A DNA stretch of 64,000 nucleotides from Squalus acanthias (GCA_030390025.1 CM059432.1:30072001-30136000), one strand, 5' to 3'. Counted from the first letter of the stretch, positions 1 to 13,577 are shown. Numbers and translations: made by a program. The notes: generated by a model from the sequence alone, not told the origin.

Positions 1-56
1 AGTCCAGGTCTCTGGATTACTAGTCCAGTAACATAACCCCTATGCTACCGTACCCC
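1..56 (-). mobile_element. 5' head of a tRNA-derived SINE (cut by window edge)
   Basis: Minus strand reads GGGTACGGTAGCATAGGGGTTATGTTACTGGACTAGTAATCCAGAG, an A-box-like head. A degraded copy of the same family lies at 51765-52040. Confidence 0.6.
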
Positions 57-629
57 TAGTAACGCTACTGATCCTATTACTTTGGACAGAGTCGTAGTGT
101 AATCTTTCTGCAAGAGAAGGTAAAGGCACCAGGTAGTCCATATTGAGCCCTGCAGATTACACCCCTCCAAAACAAACAACCCAATCACCAACCAGGAAAA
201 AACTAACTCTGTGATACAGTTGCCATGACATGCACTCCACTACAGACACCTAAAAATAAAATTTAACACAATAAACATTAACAATTTAAGGGGGTGTGTG
301 GGAAATCACAAACCATATCCTCCAACCAGTCCCACAAATTTCCCTCCCCTAACACACAACTCAATCAATGTACCCCACAGAGCCTCATGAATATGTGACT
401 TTGGGTACATGTCTTCCCTTTCATTCACACTCCAGTCTGCTCAAATATAGCCTGATGATCTGATCAGCTCCCAGGATACCATGGGGCTCAATCTCCATTT
501 CAACACGACCGAAGAGTTCAATTTACTACGAGACTGTTGCGACATAACTGAGCAACCAGGCTGCAATTCTGAGAAGCCATCACACGACCCCAGCCTTCTC
601 AGCTCACATCTCCTCTGATTAATAGCACC

Positions 630-755
630 GCGAATATTGTAGCACTCCCTCGGCACTGCACTGAAATGTCAGACCAGATTATGCGTTTAAGTTTTGAGCG
701 GGACTTGAACCTATGACCTTCTGATTCGGAGGCAAGAGTACTACCACTGACCCTA
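630..755 (-). mobile_element. DeuSINE (SacSINE1-like) 5' fragment
   Basis: Reverse complement matches the tRNA-like head of the full copy at 47465 (GGTTCAAGTCCC B-box, CAGTGCAGT..GAGGGAGTGCT). Confidence 0.7.
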
Positions 756-1073
756 ACAGAAAGAAAGAATTATGAAGAGAGGATAATTGCAATAAGTACA
801 AAAAGAAACTCAGGATTGAAAGCAAAATATTACAAGAGAAGAAATGTTAAAAAAAATAAACTGATATGAAAAGCAATTGCACAAAGAATTAGGGAATAAT
901 GTAGATTACTTTGAATATTTTGCTTCATATTTTAAGATTTTGTTTACTATTTTTGTCTGAGCAATGCCACGAGTGATCTAGTTACTTTTTAAACAATCAT
1001 TCTGGAGCACCTCCCGATGACTCAGTTGGTGCATGCACTGCCCTGTATGGTAGTGAGTCCACTAAAGAGACTT

Positions 1074-1832
1074 GGGGGGGAAAAGTTCAGTTGGTTTGCA
1101 CCTCCCGTTAGTGCCTTAAGAGGGCGCTAATGGGGCGCAAAGCAACTAGCGCCCGGGTGCGGCGCTGCTCGCGAAATTCAGCAGGAGGTTAGCGGCGGTG
1201 CTAACCGGTAGTGCCGTGGCGCTGCGCCGCCGGCGATGACGTCATCGCCGAGCACAGTGCCCCGCTCACGCTCCTGCCTCGATCTTCGGTAGCGCCCCAT
1301 GACTTAGCGCCGGACACTATGTCCGACGGAGTCAGGGGGGCCTACCTGCGGCCGGGGCGGCGCTAGTTAAAGGGGAGGTGGCGGGCGGCCATTTTTGTTG
1401 CTGGCCGCCTGCCAGCACCTGCTCCCTTTGCTGTCCCCGCCCCCCGTGAAGCCCCCCCCGCCCCCCGCGAAGTGCCGGCTGCACTCCAAGAGCCCGGCAC
1501 TTCTTGAGTGCCGGGCTCTTTTGCCGGCACTCCCGATCCCCGGGGGCCCAGCTGGGCCCCGGTTCGCGCTGCACAAGGCCCCTCCCCCTTTAAGAAGGGA
1601 GGAAGGCCTGCAATATCGCGTTGCGACGTGCCACAGCGCCTGGCGCTGCAGCACGTAGCGCCATGATATTGACTCGCAGCGCCCCAAGAGGGATGCGGGG
1701 CGCTTCCAGTAGCGCCCCGCCTCCCTCTTGGGGCGTAACCACTCAATTTCCGGCGCGGGGGCGCTAATTTTTATGGGGCGCTAAACCCGGCGAAGTTAGC
1801 GCCCCAAAGGGGGCGCGATGCAATTTTTCCCC
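1074..1832. mobile_element. PIF/Harbinger-type non-autonomous DNA transposon (GC-rich MITE)
   Basis: Termini GGGGGGGAAAAGTT...CAATTTTTCCCC; 3-bp TSD CTT (1071-73 / 1833-35). It splits a DeuSINE, and its arms are homologous to the element at 16074-16931. Confidence 0.8.
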
Positions 1833-2210
1833 CTTGAGCTCATAATCCAGGCTGACACCCCAGTGCAGTACTGAGGGAGTGCTGTACTGTTCGGGGTGCC
1901 GTCTTTCGGATGAGATGCTTAACCGAGGCCCAGGCTGCTCTCTCGGATTCCACATAAAGGATCTCATGGCAGTATTCGAGGAGCAGGGGCGTTCTCCCCA
2001 ATGTCCTGGCCAATATTTACCCCATAACCAACATCACTTAAAACAAAAGGGTATCTGGTCATTATCTCATTGCTGTTTTGGAACCTTGCAGAGTGCAAAT
2101 TGGCTGTCGAGTTTCCCTAAATTACAAGCGAGTACACTTCAAAAGTACTTAATTGACTGTAAAGCGCTTTGGAAAATCTGGAGGTCATGAAAAGTGCTAA
2201 ATAAATTCGA
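1833..2210 (+). mobile_element. DeuSINE (SacSINE1-like), 5' part interrupted by the MITE
   Basis: Deu-domain core GGTGCCGTCTTTCGGATGAG..AACCGAGG and L2-like tail GTAAAGCGCTTTGG. The head remnant is at ~1055-1073. Confidence 0.85.
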
Positions 2211-2377
2211 GACCTTTTAAAAAAAATTTACAGACCAAGAAGGTCCCAGGATCAATCTCTGTTCCATGGTAGTTAGCTGATCTCATCTGAGGGTGGGAGG
2301 GGAAATTATTAGATGGAGGGGAGGTTGGGAGGGGAATCTTTCCAGCCACATTATACATATCCACACACAAATATAAT

Positions 2378-2965
2378 TACATAGAAATTACAATGTGGAA
2401 ATAGGCCATTCGGTCCAGCCAGTCCATGTTGGGTGTTTTTCCTTCACACGAGCCTCAGTATTAACCCCATGTGCCTGCCCTATTCCAATATCCATTTAGG
2501 TCCTTTTCCTTCAACCTCCTATCTAACATATTCTCAAAGCTTGACATGGTCTCTGTTTCAATCACTTACATTGCCCAGCCTCAATACTGTAAAAAAAAAG
2601 CTTCTCCTGCTCACTATCCTATATCTCAATTTTATAAATGTGTCCCTTCATTCTAGACCCCTCAATCACTGGAAACAGTCTGTTTCTATCTATTTTGTCC
2701 CATTCAGTCATAATTTTAAACACCTCACAATCTCCTCTGTTCTAATGAAACATTCCCAATTTTTCAAGTCTTTCTTTGTAATTGTATTTCTGCAAACCAG
2801 GTAGCATCCTAGTGCACCCTCACTATACTCTCTCTTGCCTCAACATCCTCCCTTTTGTGTGGAGCCCAAAACTGCACACAAAACTGTGATCGTACAAAGG
2901 TTTCATCGTCACATCTCGGCTTTTATATTCTGTACCACTTGCCATAAAACTTAGTATTTCATTAG
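2378..2965 (-). mobile_element. CR1 LINE 3' fragment, degraded
   Basis: CR1 3'UTR motif (GGCCATTCGG) and C-terminal ORF2 remnants (CSFGLH ~ VQFWAPH). Confidence 0.75.
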
Positions 2966-3821
2966 CAAACAAATTAAAAGCTACAGGAGAATAAAAATAC
3001 ACATATAGGTATAAAATCAAATAATCTAATCTTAACCAGGACAGCAATGTGTATGATTGGCCTCTGCAGTCTTGTGGTAAGTAGAGGGTACAATGAGGGG
3101 AAAGAAACGACCTGGGTTTTTGTTCACCATTCAGCAACCCAATGCTGGTTTGAACATCCATTAAGGAAAGGTTTGGAATCAGCCACGGTTACCTACGGCG
3201 CAATAGTGGGCCGACACGCACTGTTCAGGGTCACACGTGACTAATAGTCACTCGGGCGAGGGACCTGAGGGCAACCAAGTGCCCATGGAACTGTGCCCCC
3301 ACGAGTAGGCTATGACTTCAGGGAAGGAGTGTAAGGGAGGAAAACAAAACTGGCAGTGAAAAAAATACATCAAGTAAATAAAAACACAATTTCATTACAA
3401 TATTGCTGTAAACTGGTTTTCACAGCCAACTGTGGGCTGCCAGCTCCCTCTAAAGGACAGTGCAGGTACAGCGTGGAGCACCAAGAAGCACTGATCTCAC
3501 TGCAGATGCCCAGAGTTTCACTGTATGCTGGTGTTACTAAAAGGACGTGTCTATTCGCAACACCAAAGTTCTGATTGGTTACCTTGGATGACAAGTCCTG
3601 ATTTCTGATTGGTCCCCTTGGAGGACAAGACACATCCAGCAGTTTCACTGGAATGTGTAATTACATTCTGCCTGCCTACGTAATCAGTTACTTTGCAAGT
3701 GTAATTCGAGCCATTCTGACTGCCAGGCTCCAGACAGAACAGAGCTCACATAGAACAGGGATCACCCTTGCGGGGTAAGACCTTCTCGCACCCCCCCGCC
3801 CAAGATCCTGACCTCCCCTCC

Positions 3822-4940
3822 ACCAACAGAGTTCCTGACCTCCTCTCCTACCCTCTCCCCCCAACCGAGTTCCTGACCTCCTCTCCTACCCTCTCCCCCC
3901 AACCGAGTTCCTGACCTCCTCTCCTACCGTCTTCCCCCAACCGAGTTCCTGACCTCCTCTCCTACCCTCTCCCCACCAACCGAGTTCCTGACCTCCTCTC
4001 CTACCCTCTCCCCCCAACAGAGTTCCTGACCTCCTCTCCTACCCTCTCCCCCCCAACAGAGTTCCTGACCTCCTCTCCTACCCTCTCCCCCCAACAGAGT
4101 TCCTGACCTCCTCCCCTACCCTCTCCCCCCAACCGAGTTCCTGACCTCCTCTCCTACCCTCTCCCCCCAACAGAGTTCCTGACCTCCTCCCCTACCCTCT
4201 CCCCCCAACCGAGTTCCTGACCTCCTCTCCTACCCTCTCCCCCCAACAGAGTTCCTGACGTCCTCTCCTACCCTCTCCCCCCAACAGAGTTTCTGACCTC
4301 CTCCCCTACCCTCTCCCCCCAACCGAGTTCCTGACCTCCTCTCCTACCCTCTCCCCCCAACAGAGTTCCTGACCTCCTCTCCTACCCTCTCCCCCCCAAC
4401 AGAGTTCCTGACCTCCTCTCCTACCCTCTCCCCCCAACAGAGTTCCTGACCTCCTCCCCTACCCTCTCCCCCCAACCGAGTTCCTGACCTCCTCTCCTAC
4501 CCTCTCCCCCCAACAGAGTTCCTGACCTCCTCCCCTACCCTCTCCCCCCAACCGAGTTCCTGACCTCCTCTCCTACCCTCTCCCCCCAACAGAGTTCCTG
4601 ACGTCCTCTCCTACCCTCTCCCCCCAACAGAGTTTCTGACCTCCTCCCCTACCCTCTCCCCCCAACCGAGTTCCTGACCTCCTCTCCTACCCTCTCCCCC
4701 CAACAGAGTTCCTGACCTCCTCCCCTACCCTCTCCCCCCAACCGAGTTCCTGACCTCCTCTCCTACCCTCTCCCCCCAACAGAGTTCCTGACGTCCTCTC
4801 CTACCCTCTCCCCCCCAACAGAGTTCCTGACCTCCCACCCAAGTTCCTGACCTCCTCCCCCCACCCCGGGTTCCTGACGATCTCTTCCCCCCACCCCGGC
4901 CACAAGTTCTTGACCTCTCTCCCCCCCACCTCTCCCCCCA
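3822..4940. repeat. 38-bp pyrimidine-rich minisatellite (~26 copies plus degenerate tail)
   Basis: Unit AGAGTTCCTGACCTCCTCTCCTACCCTCTCCCCCCAAC in tandem. Confidence 0.97.
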
Positions 4941-5429
4941 GCCATAGACGGGGCATTGTGTGGGGGTCACGGATTGGTAACAGGTTAATTGGGTATGAAG
5001 TGAATAGTGACAGTGTCATGGCTTCCGGATTTTGTCCAGTCCAATGATGTCATTTGCCACTCATGCACCAAACTTTCCGAGAAATCAACCAGGTCTAGGG
5101 GGAGGAGAGGGTGAACGTGGTGCGGGTGTAAAGGGGGTGGGGTTGGAAGAAAGTCTTACCATCTGGATTACCTTCTCGCTCTCATTTCCCCCCCTCCTTT
5201 CGACCTGGATCACCTTCTTCCACCAACCCCACTGTGCTCTCCATGCTCCTTACCCCCCCTCCCACCAGAGTTCCTGACCTTCTCTCCCCCTCCGAGTTCC
5301 TGGCCTTCTCCTCCTGCTCCCAGAGTTCCTGACCTCTCTCCCCTACCCCAACCCCCAGAGTTCCTGGCCTTCTCTCCCCCACCACCCCCTCTGAGTTCCT
5401 GACCTTCTCTCCCCCTCTGATTCTCCCTC

Positions 5430-5463
5430 CCTCCCTCTCTCTCTCTCTCTCCCCCCTCTGATT

Positions 5464-5500
<37 letters not shown>
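5430..5500. repeat. (CT)n microsatellites
   Basis: Two CT runs seen directly. Confidence 0.9.
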
Positions 5501-5502
<2 letters not shown>

Positions 5503-6307
5503 GATTCTCTCTGCTCCCCCCGGCCAGCATGGATCCGGTGACGGGCCTTCTCCTACGGAGCTTAAGGAAAGTGTGGTCCGCGCTGCGCTGTAGGCTGCAA
5601 CTGTTGGGTACTCTGCATACGCGTCCTTGGTAAACAGCGCGCCTGCACAGGAGGGGATCAGGTGTGCATGCGCAGAAGGCCACAATAATTTTCGCGCAGA
5701 TAATCAGTTTGTTATTAAAAATAGCTGAGTTAGCGAATAAAATAAAACACAGGAACTTCACTTTCCTACTCCACTTGGACCCCTGGCTTGCTTCTGCAGA
5801 TATATATAGGTTATCCTTTTTTGAAAACCTGAACATACTGGCAGAAGTAGTGCCCTGTTAAGATATTAGTAAACATTTAATTACAGAACTCAGCCTCCAG
5901 TTTTGAATAAAGCAGCATCAGTATCTTGCTTTTGCACTCTTCTCTCCTCCAGTAAAACTCTTGGATACAGCCTGTTTAGTTCACCGCTCCATTCACCATC
6001 AAATTAACCATGTAAAACACCCTAGGCCTGAAACTGCACTGTGGGATACTAGTGTACGTTTATATTAAAACAGCAGAGGACGGAAATTTGTCTCAACATG
6101 TTAAGTACCAGCATTCCACGGCACAGTTTTAGGGCACTTAACACATCCCCCATTCGGGCATTAGCTGACACAGAAGATACTGCTTAGGACTCATTCACCA
6201 ATACATAAACCTTACCAAATGATAGATACTGAACAGCCGTCTGAGACAGATTTGTGTCTATGACTGTCAGTACACTGCAATGCTGTCACTAGGCATATTT
6301 AGTATTA

Positions 6308-6675
6308 GTATAGAATTGTAGACTTTTACAGCACAGAAGGGATTATTTGGCCCGTCACATCTGCGCTGGCAATCTGAAATACTTATCCACTTAGACACAT
6401 TCCCCTGCCCTTTCTTCTTCAAACATTTATCCACTTCCCTTTTAAAAGGCAATTATAGATTCAGTTTCTACCACTTTTGCTTGTGGGATATTCCATTTAC
6501 TCTGCGTAACCCCCCCACCGTCCTAATCTCTTCCTTCATTGTTTTGGTGATGATCTTCAATTTACACCTTCTAGTTACCAGCTCACAGAGCACTTTATAT
6601 AGTTTTTGCCTGCTTACCTTAGCAAAATCCCACATAATTTTTAATCTCCTTTCAACCTTCTGTGTTCTAATGATT
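6308..6675 (-). mobile_element. CR1 LINE 3' fragment, degraded
   Basis: FKREVDKCLK remnant and CR1 tail. Confidence 0.65.
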
Positions 6676-6714
6676 TAAAAACCACACTTAAACCAGTACA
6701 CACAAAAGTTATGC

Positions 6715-6940
6715 AAGTTAGCTTGCCTCGACAGCACCTCCGAGCCCAGCAACGTCTATCACCAAGAAGGACAAAAGCAGCAATATCATGGGAACACCAA
6801 TCTGAACTGGACCTATTTCACTGCTTCTGCATCACTGCTGGATTATAATCCTGGAATTCGCTACCTAACACCATTATGGGAGCAACGTTAATATAAGGAC
6901 TGTAGCGGTTCAAAGAGAAGGCCCACCGCCACCTTCAAGG
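6715..6940 (+). mobile_element. CR1-like LINE (second family) 3' fragment, degraded
   Basis: Similar to 8690-8880 (ATCCTGGAAT..CTACCTAACA..GCGGTTCAAAG). Confidence 0.6.
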
Positions 6941-7659
6941 TGTCACCCTTGGTTCAATGGCAACACTCTCGCCTCTGGGTCTTTTGGACTGACATCTGCA
7001 GCCATGGCCCAGAGGAGGGTAAATAAAAACAAAAATTGGTCAGACTTCCCAGTCCTGAACACTGTCTAATATGGACAGCTCCAGGCATGATGGTGGCCAA
7101 TCCCCTTGGCCGTCCTATAGTGGGATAGCCCAACAACATTGTTTGTCTAAGCTGTCACAGGAGGTACCTGAAGGCTGATAGGACCCGTAAAATTGTACAC
7201 CAACATGAGTCAATGTTTTGAGGAGAGAAAGAGTAAAAGGATTTCTCTCGTTAAAGATTGGAACCTTAATGTCTACGCAGCTCAACAACACACTGGACAG
7301 TGTAATTACCCATGAGTCTACTGCCACACATCTTAAATCAGCCAACAGGTGCAATGTTCCAGCACAGGACTTGGTGTGTTTAAGGAACATGCTGGTATTA
7401 AATACTCAATTAATGAGGCTGTCATCAAGCTGCCTGGTATGGCCATGCTGCAGTACTGTATGCACGTGATTCCATCATTCACATCCTGCTCGACACAGAA
7501 CAGCTGGCATTTCTGCAATACCAAAACTGAAATACATTTTTCACCTTTAGTTATATGCCAGGTGATTGACATGTACATGTGCTGACTGAAATCTGCAATT
7601 TGAACGAGACCAATTATATCACTGCAGCATGCAAAGCACTGCAACATTTAAACATTAAT

Positions 7660-8015
7660 TTAGAATCACAGAATCATACAGCATAGGAGGCCGCCATTTG
7701 GCCCATCGTGCCTGTGCCGGCTCTTCGAAAGAGCTATCCAATTAGTCCCACTCCCCTGCTCTTTGCCTATAGCCCTGCCAATTTTTCTTTTTCAACTATA
7801 TATCCAATGTCCTTTTTGAAAGTAACTATTGAATCTGCTTCCATCACCCTTTCAGGAAGTGTATCCCAGACCATAGCAACTCGCCACGTAAAATTCTCAT
7901 CTCGCCTCTGGTTCTTTTGCCAATTACCTTCAATCTGTGTCTTCTGGTTACCAACCACTCTGCCACTGGAAACAGTTTCTCTCTACTCTACATCAAAACC
8001 CTTCATAATTTTGAA
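7660..8015 (-). mobile_element. CR1 LINE 3' fragment
   Basis: ENFTWRVAMVWDTLPERVMEADSIVTFKK plus 3'UTR. Confidence 0.85.
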
Positions 8016-8364
8016 TTAGTTGTGGCCCAAATACTGACCCCGTGGGACTAATCTATTTTTAACCATTCTTTTGTTATGTTCGCTCTACAAGGTAGATTGT
8101 AGATTCCTCGCCCCTCACCCTCCCTCCCCAGTCAGTCATATTTCCCCAACCAAGAAAGCCCACGAGGCCAACTCCGAGCGCCAAGGAATGAGTTATGAGG
8201 AAAAGTTCCAAACAAAACACAGCCTTATAGGAGAAGTAAGATACAGGGACTAATTTTCATGTACTAATGCAAGTCCATTCCAAATGATTAAGAATTGGTG
8301 AAAATCTTGCCAAACTGACAATGTGCACTCAATATTCAATTTTACTTGCATTATTATTCAAAGA

Positions 8365-8478
8365 TAACCTCCTTGGATATGGGAGTGGTGCCAGAGGACT
8401 GGAGGTTGCAAATGTTACACCCCTGTTCAAAAAAGGGGAGGAGAGGGATAAACCTGGTAACTACAGGTCAATCAGATT
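8365..8478 (+). mobile_element. CR1 ORF2 fragment
   Basis: ANVTPLFKKG..DKPGNYR. Its probable 3' remainder is at 18991-19156. Confidence 0.75.
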
Positions 8479-8482
8479 AATT

Positions 8483-8880
8483 GTGATGGAATACTCTCCA
8501 CTTGTCTGGATGCGTGTCGCTCCAACAACACTCAAGAAGCTCGACACCATCCAAGACAATGCAGTCCACTTGATTTGCACCCTATCCACCACCTTAAACA
8601 TTCACTCCCTCCAACACTGGCGCAACGTGTCTGCAGTGTGGACCATCTACAAGATGCACTGCAGCAACTTGCCAAGGCTTCTTCGGCCTCTACCTCTAGA
8701 AGGACAAGGGCAGCAGGCACATGAGAACACCAACACCTGCAAGTTCCCCTCCAAGTCACACACCACCCTGACTTGGAAATATATTGCCGTTCTTTCATCA
8801 TCGCTGGGTCAAAATCCTGGAACTCCCTACCTAATAGCACTGTGGGAGTGCCTTCACCACAGGGACTGCAGAGGTTCAAG
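8483..8880 (+). mobile_element. CR1-like LINE (second family) 3' region, left half; resumes at 18887-18990
   Basis: MEYSPLVW..LDTIQD..IHSLQH..IYKMH ORF2 C-terminus. GGTTCAAG|AAGGCGGCTC rejoins across the insert, as in the unsplit copy at 49475-49615. Confidence 0.8.
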
Positions 8881-11800
8881 GGGGGCAGGGTGGAGAAAGA
8901 GCAGAATAGAAATGTGGTAGTGACAGGGGACTCTATAATTAGGGGACTAGATAGCGTCCTCTGCAGCCAAGAACGAGAATCCCGCAGGGTGTGTTGCCTA
9001 CTCAGTGCCAGGGTAAAGGATATCTCACGGCAGCTGGAGAGGAACTTGAAAGGGAGGGGGTAAATCCAGTCGTCGTGGTCCATGTTGGAACAAACGACAT
9101 AGGTAGGAACAGGGAGGAGGTCCTGCTGAAAGAGTATCAGGAGTTCGGCTCTAAATTAAAAAGCAGGACCTCGAGGGTAATAATCTCTGGATTATTGCCC
9201 GAGGCGTGTGCAAATGGGCATAGAAGCAGACAGATCAGGAATATTAACACGTGGCTAAAGGGCTGGTGTGGAAAAGAGGGGTTCCTTTTCATGGAATACT
9301 GGCACCAGTACTGGGACAGGAAGGAGCTGTACTGATGGGACGGGCTCCACCTGAACCGGGATGGGACCCGTGTCCTAGCGGAAAGAGTAAATAGGGAGGT
9401 GGGAAAGGCTTTAAACTAGTAAGGTGGGGGGAGGGATCTACAAGAAACGTAACCAGCCTAATTATAAACAAAACAGGAAAAGAGAGGCCAGGAAAGAATA
9501 AAGTATCGGAGGACATTGATGGCAAGGGAATAGAGTTATAGAACGGGAGTCTAAAAAGATGGTGAAACATAAAGTGAGAGGAAATCCTTTAAAAAAAAAG
9601 TTAAACTGTTTGTACAGCAATGTGTCCGTAATAAAACAGGGGAGCTGGAGGCAATCATGCGTTGCGAGGAACCAGACATAGTAGGGATTACTGAAACATG
9701 GCTACAGAAAAATCAGGACTTGGAATGAAACATTGCAGGGTATAACACATTTAAAAAAGATATTGAGAGGGAAAAAGGAGAGGTGGAGTAACTGTACTTA
9801 TTCGGGATAACAATGGCAGTAGAAAAAAGTGACACAGCTCTCAGCAAGACAAAAATAGAATCCATATGGATAGAAATAAAAGATAATAAAGGATCAATCA
9901 CACTAATAGGTGTAGTCTACATACCACCTAATAGTTGAAGGGAGGTGGAGGAAGAAATATGCAGACAAATTAGGGAAATGAGTAAAAAACATAGAATAAT
10001 AATCATGGGGGATTTCACGATATTAATTGGACAGAAGAGGTAGGTAAAGGGGATAAGGGAATGGAGTTCCTACAATGTGTACAGGACTCCTTTCTAACCC
10101 AATATGTAAAAAGCCCAACAAGAGATGATTAGTTATTGGATCTAGTAATGGGGAAAGAACCAGAGCAGATAAAAGTAGGGGAACATCTAGGCAATAGTGA
10201 CCATAATATAATACGCTTTAAGATGATAACTGAGAAGGACATAAGTATGACAAAAAACCAGGTTAATAGATTGGAGTAAAGCTGATTTTGAGGGGCTGAG
10301 CATAGAACTTGGGAAAATAAAATGGGCAACAATACTGGCAAACAACGATATAGAACAGCAATGGGAAACATTTAAAACGGTGTTCAACAGAGTGCAGAAA
10401 CAATATATTCCGCTAAAAGGAAAGAACAAACTAAACACTAATGAGACTCCATGGATGAATAAAGCCACAAGGGAATAATTGAGGGCAAGGAAAGAGGCAT
10501 ACATTAAGTACATAGACAGCAGGGGAGTGCATGATAAGGGAGAATACGAAGAGATTAGGAGAGGTCAAAAAAACAATTAGGAAGGCAAAGAGGAACTATG
10601 AAATTAAATTATCAAGCAACATAAAACAAAATAGTAAAATATTTTACAGACCGGAAGCAGCAGACCTGGAGGGAGCGCAGAGAGAGCGGCGCAGTCCCGA
10701 GCGGCAGCAACTCAACAGAGGCAGTTTTTGAAAAAGTGACGTCAGAGTAAAAAAAGTGACGTTGGCACAAGGGACGGAGCTGATTGGTGAGTAGCTGTGG
10801 AGTGCTTTTTTTAAGTTTTAAGTTTATTTCTGCTGGGTTAGTTCTTAGTCTATTAAATAAAGGCATGGCAGGGCAGCTCAGTCCCGTGGAGTGCACATCC
10901 TGTGCCATGTGGAAAGTCCTGGACGCTTCGCGTAGCCTGGAGGACCACATGTGCGGGAAGTGTCGCCAGCTACAGCAACTCGAGCTCCGGGTTTCGGAGC
11001 TTGAGCGGCGGCTGGAGTCACTGCGGTGCATCCGCGAGGCTGAGAGTTACGTGGATAGCACGTTTCTAGAGGTGGTCACCCTGCAGCTTAAGAGTATGCA
11101 GGCAGAGAGGGAATGGGTGACCGCCAGACAGAAGAGGAGGACCAGGCAGGCGCATCGCACTCTCCAACCAGTATTCTGTTCTGAGTACTGGTGAGGGCGA
11201 TGGTTCCTCTGGGGAGTGCAGCCAGAGTCAAGTCCACGGCACCACGGGTGGCTCAGCTGCACAAGGGGGGAGGAAAAAGAGTGGAAGAGCAATAGTGGTA
11301 GGGGATTCAATAGTTAGGGGAGCAGACAGGCGTTTCTGCAGATGCAGACGTGACTCCAGGATGATGATATGTTGCCTCCCTGGTGTCAGAGTCCAGGATG
11401 TCACTGAGCGGCTGCAGGACACTGAGGGTGAGGGTGAACAGCCAGAGGTCATTGTCCATATCAGTACCAATGACATAGGCAGAAAGAGGGATGAGGTCCT
11501 GTAGGCAGACTATAGGGAGCTAGGAAAGAGATTAAAAAGCAGGACCTCAAAAAGGTAGTAATCTCTTGATTACTCCCGGTGCCATGTGCTAGCGAGTACA
11601 GGAATAGGAGGATAGAACAGATGAATGTGTGGCTGGAGAGATGGTGCAGGAGGGAGGGGTTTAGATTCCTGAGGCATTGGGACCGTTTCTGGGGAAGGTG
11701 GGACCTGTACAAGCCGGACGGGTTACACCTCAACAGAGCTGGGACCAATAATCTCGCGGGGAGGTTTGCTAGTGCTGTTGGGGAGGGTTTAAACTAGCTT

Positions 11801-13222
11801 GGCAGGGGGATGGGCACCAGCATATAGGAGTAGAAAAGAGGAATAAGGTGCATAAAAAAGAGTGAGTGTGTTGGATAGTACTAGAGAAGATAGTACTGGA
11901 GGTGGTAGTAGTACGGAGCAGACTAAGAAAGACTACAAAAATTCAAAAATGGGTTTAGAATGCATGTACATAAACGCACAAAGTGTGCTGAATAAGGTTG
12001 GTGAGCTACAAGCGCAATTAACCGCGTGGCAATATGATGTTGTGGCAATAACGGAAACGTGGCTTAAAAACGGTGAGGACTGGGCACTTAATATTCAAGG
12101 GTACAAGGTGTTCAGAAAAGATAGGGAAGGAAAAAGGGGAGGTGGGGTGGCAGTGCTGATTAAGGAAGACATTGTAGTGTTGGAAAGGGAGGATGTTCTT
12201 GAGGGGACAAGGACAGAATCCAATTGGTTCGAGTTGAGGAGCAAAAAGGGCAAGATCACACTATTGGGGGTATTCTACAGGGCTCCAAATAGTGAGAGGG
12301 AGGTAGAGGAGCAAATCTGCAGGGAAATCAGAGAGATATGCAAGAGCTATAGTGTGGTGATATTGGGGGACTTTTAAATTACTCAAATATTGATTGGGAT
12401 AATACTAGGGTAAAGGGAAAGGAGGGGGAGGAATTTTTGAAATGTGTTCAGAAGAATTTCCTTGACCAATATGTTCTTGGCCCAACTAGGAAGGAGGCAT
12501 TGCTGGATCTGCTGCTGGGGAATGAGGTGGGCCAGGTCGACCAAGTGCCTGTGGGAGAACACTTGGGTACGAGTGATCATCGTATCATAAGATTTAGATT
12601 AGCAATGGAGAGGAGCAAGGAACAATCTAGAGTAGAACTTCTAAACTGGAATAGGGCTAACTTCAATGGAATGCGAAAGGATCTAGCCAGGGTAAAATGG
12701 AACCAAAGACGGACAGGAAAAACTGTAACGGAACAATCTTTAAGGAGGAGATGTTCCAAGTGCAGGCTAGGTACATTCCAACAAGAGGGAAGGGTAAGGG
12801 AACCAAAGCAAGGGCTCATTGGAAGACGAGGGAGATAGAGAAGATGATGAAACAAAAAAGAGGGTGTATGATACATGTCAGGTGAATTCTTCAAGGGAGA
12901 AGCAGACCAAATACAATCAGTTGAGAGGGGATGTGAAGATGAAAATAAGATTGGCAAAGAGAGAATATGAGAGTAGAATGGCGGTTAACATAAAAGGGAA
13001 CCCAAAAATCTTCTACCGGCATTTAAACAGTAAGCGGGTAGCAAGAGGCGGGGTAGGGCCTATTAGAGACAAAGAAGGTGATATATGCTTAGAGGCAAGG
13101 CTAGTCTACTCAATGAGTACTTTGTATCAGTGTTTACTAAGGAGGTGGATGCTGACAAAATATCGGTAGAAGTGGAAAAGGTAGAAACAATGGAAGGGGT
13201 GAAAATTGATAGACAGGATGTA

Positions 13223-13577
13223 CAGGAAACTCTCGTTTAAACGGCACCTAAATATCCGGAACTCTCTAATAACCGGCAGAATTCATACTCCGAAAACTAC
13301 AGTGTACAGTCGTTTATAAGTTTTGTTTCACTGTTAAGTAATTAAAGAGTTATGGATTACCCTCAACTGGCATTACTGTACTTAATCAAGCATCTTCCAC
13401 CATCCATTTAACACCACATTCTGTAGGGGAGTACCCAATTATACTGCACATTTCTTGATTTTTTAATTTTTGTTTGTTAAAAATAGCCTTGTTAGATATA
13501 CCTCTCCGTTATCCGGAATTTTTAATCAACCGGCACCATCCCGGTCCCGTCGGTGCCGGACACCAAAGAGTTTCCTG
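13223..13577. mobile_element. Tc1/mariner (pogo/Tigger-like) MITE, 355 bp
   Basis: TA TSD; TIR CAGGAAACTCT.../...AGAGTTTCCTG; the host CR1 frame DRQDV|LERL rejoins. Confidence 0.88.

Larger units (their letters stand above)
3543..5711. mobile_element. Non-autonomous DNA transposon with 9-bp TSD (Mutator/MULE-like), copy 1
   Basis: TSD TTACTAAAA (3534-42) / TTATTAAAA (5712-20); imperfect ~18-bp TIRs; internal blocks collinear with copy 2 at 33996-35977. Confidence 0.65.

Noticed and set aside
1332..1746. Overlapping GC-rich ORFs or a host CpG-island promoter
   Set aside because: Entirely inside a TIR/TSD-bounded transposon.
4725..5836. Gly/Arg/Glu-rich ORFs
   Set aside because: Translations of the minisatellite and (CT)n runs.
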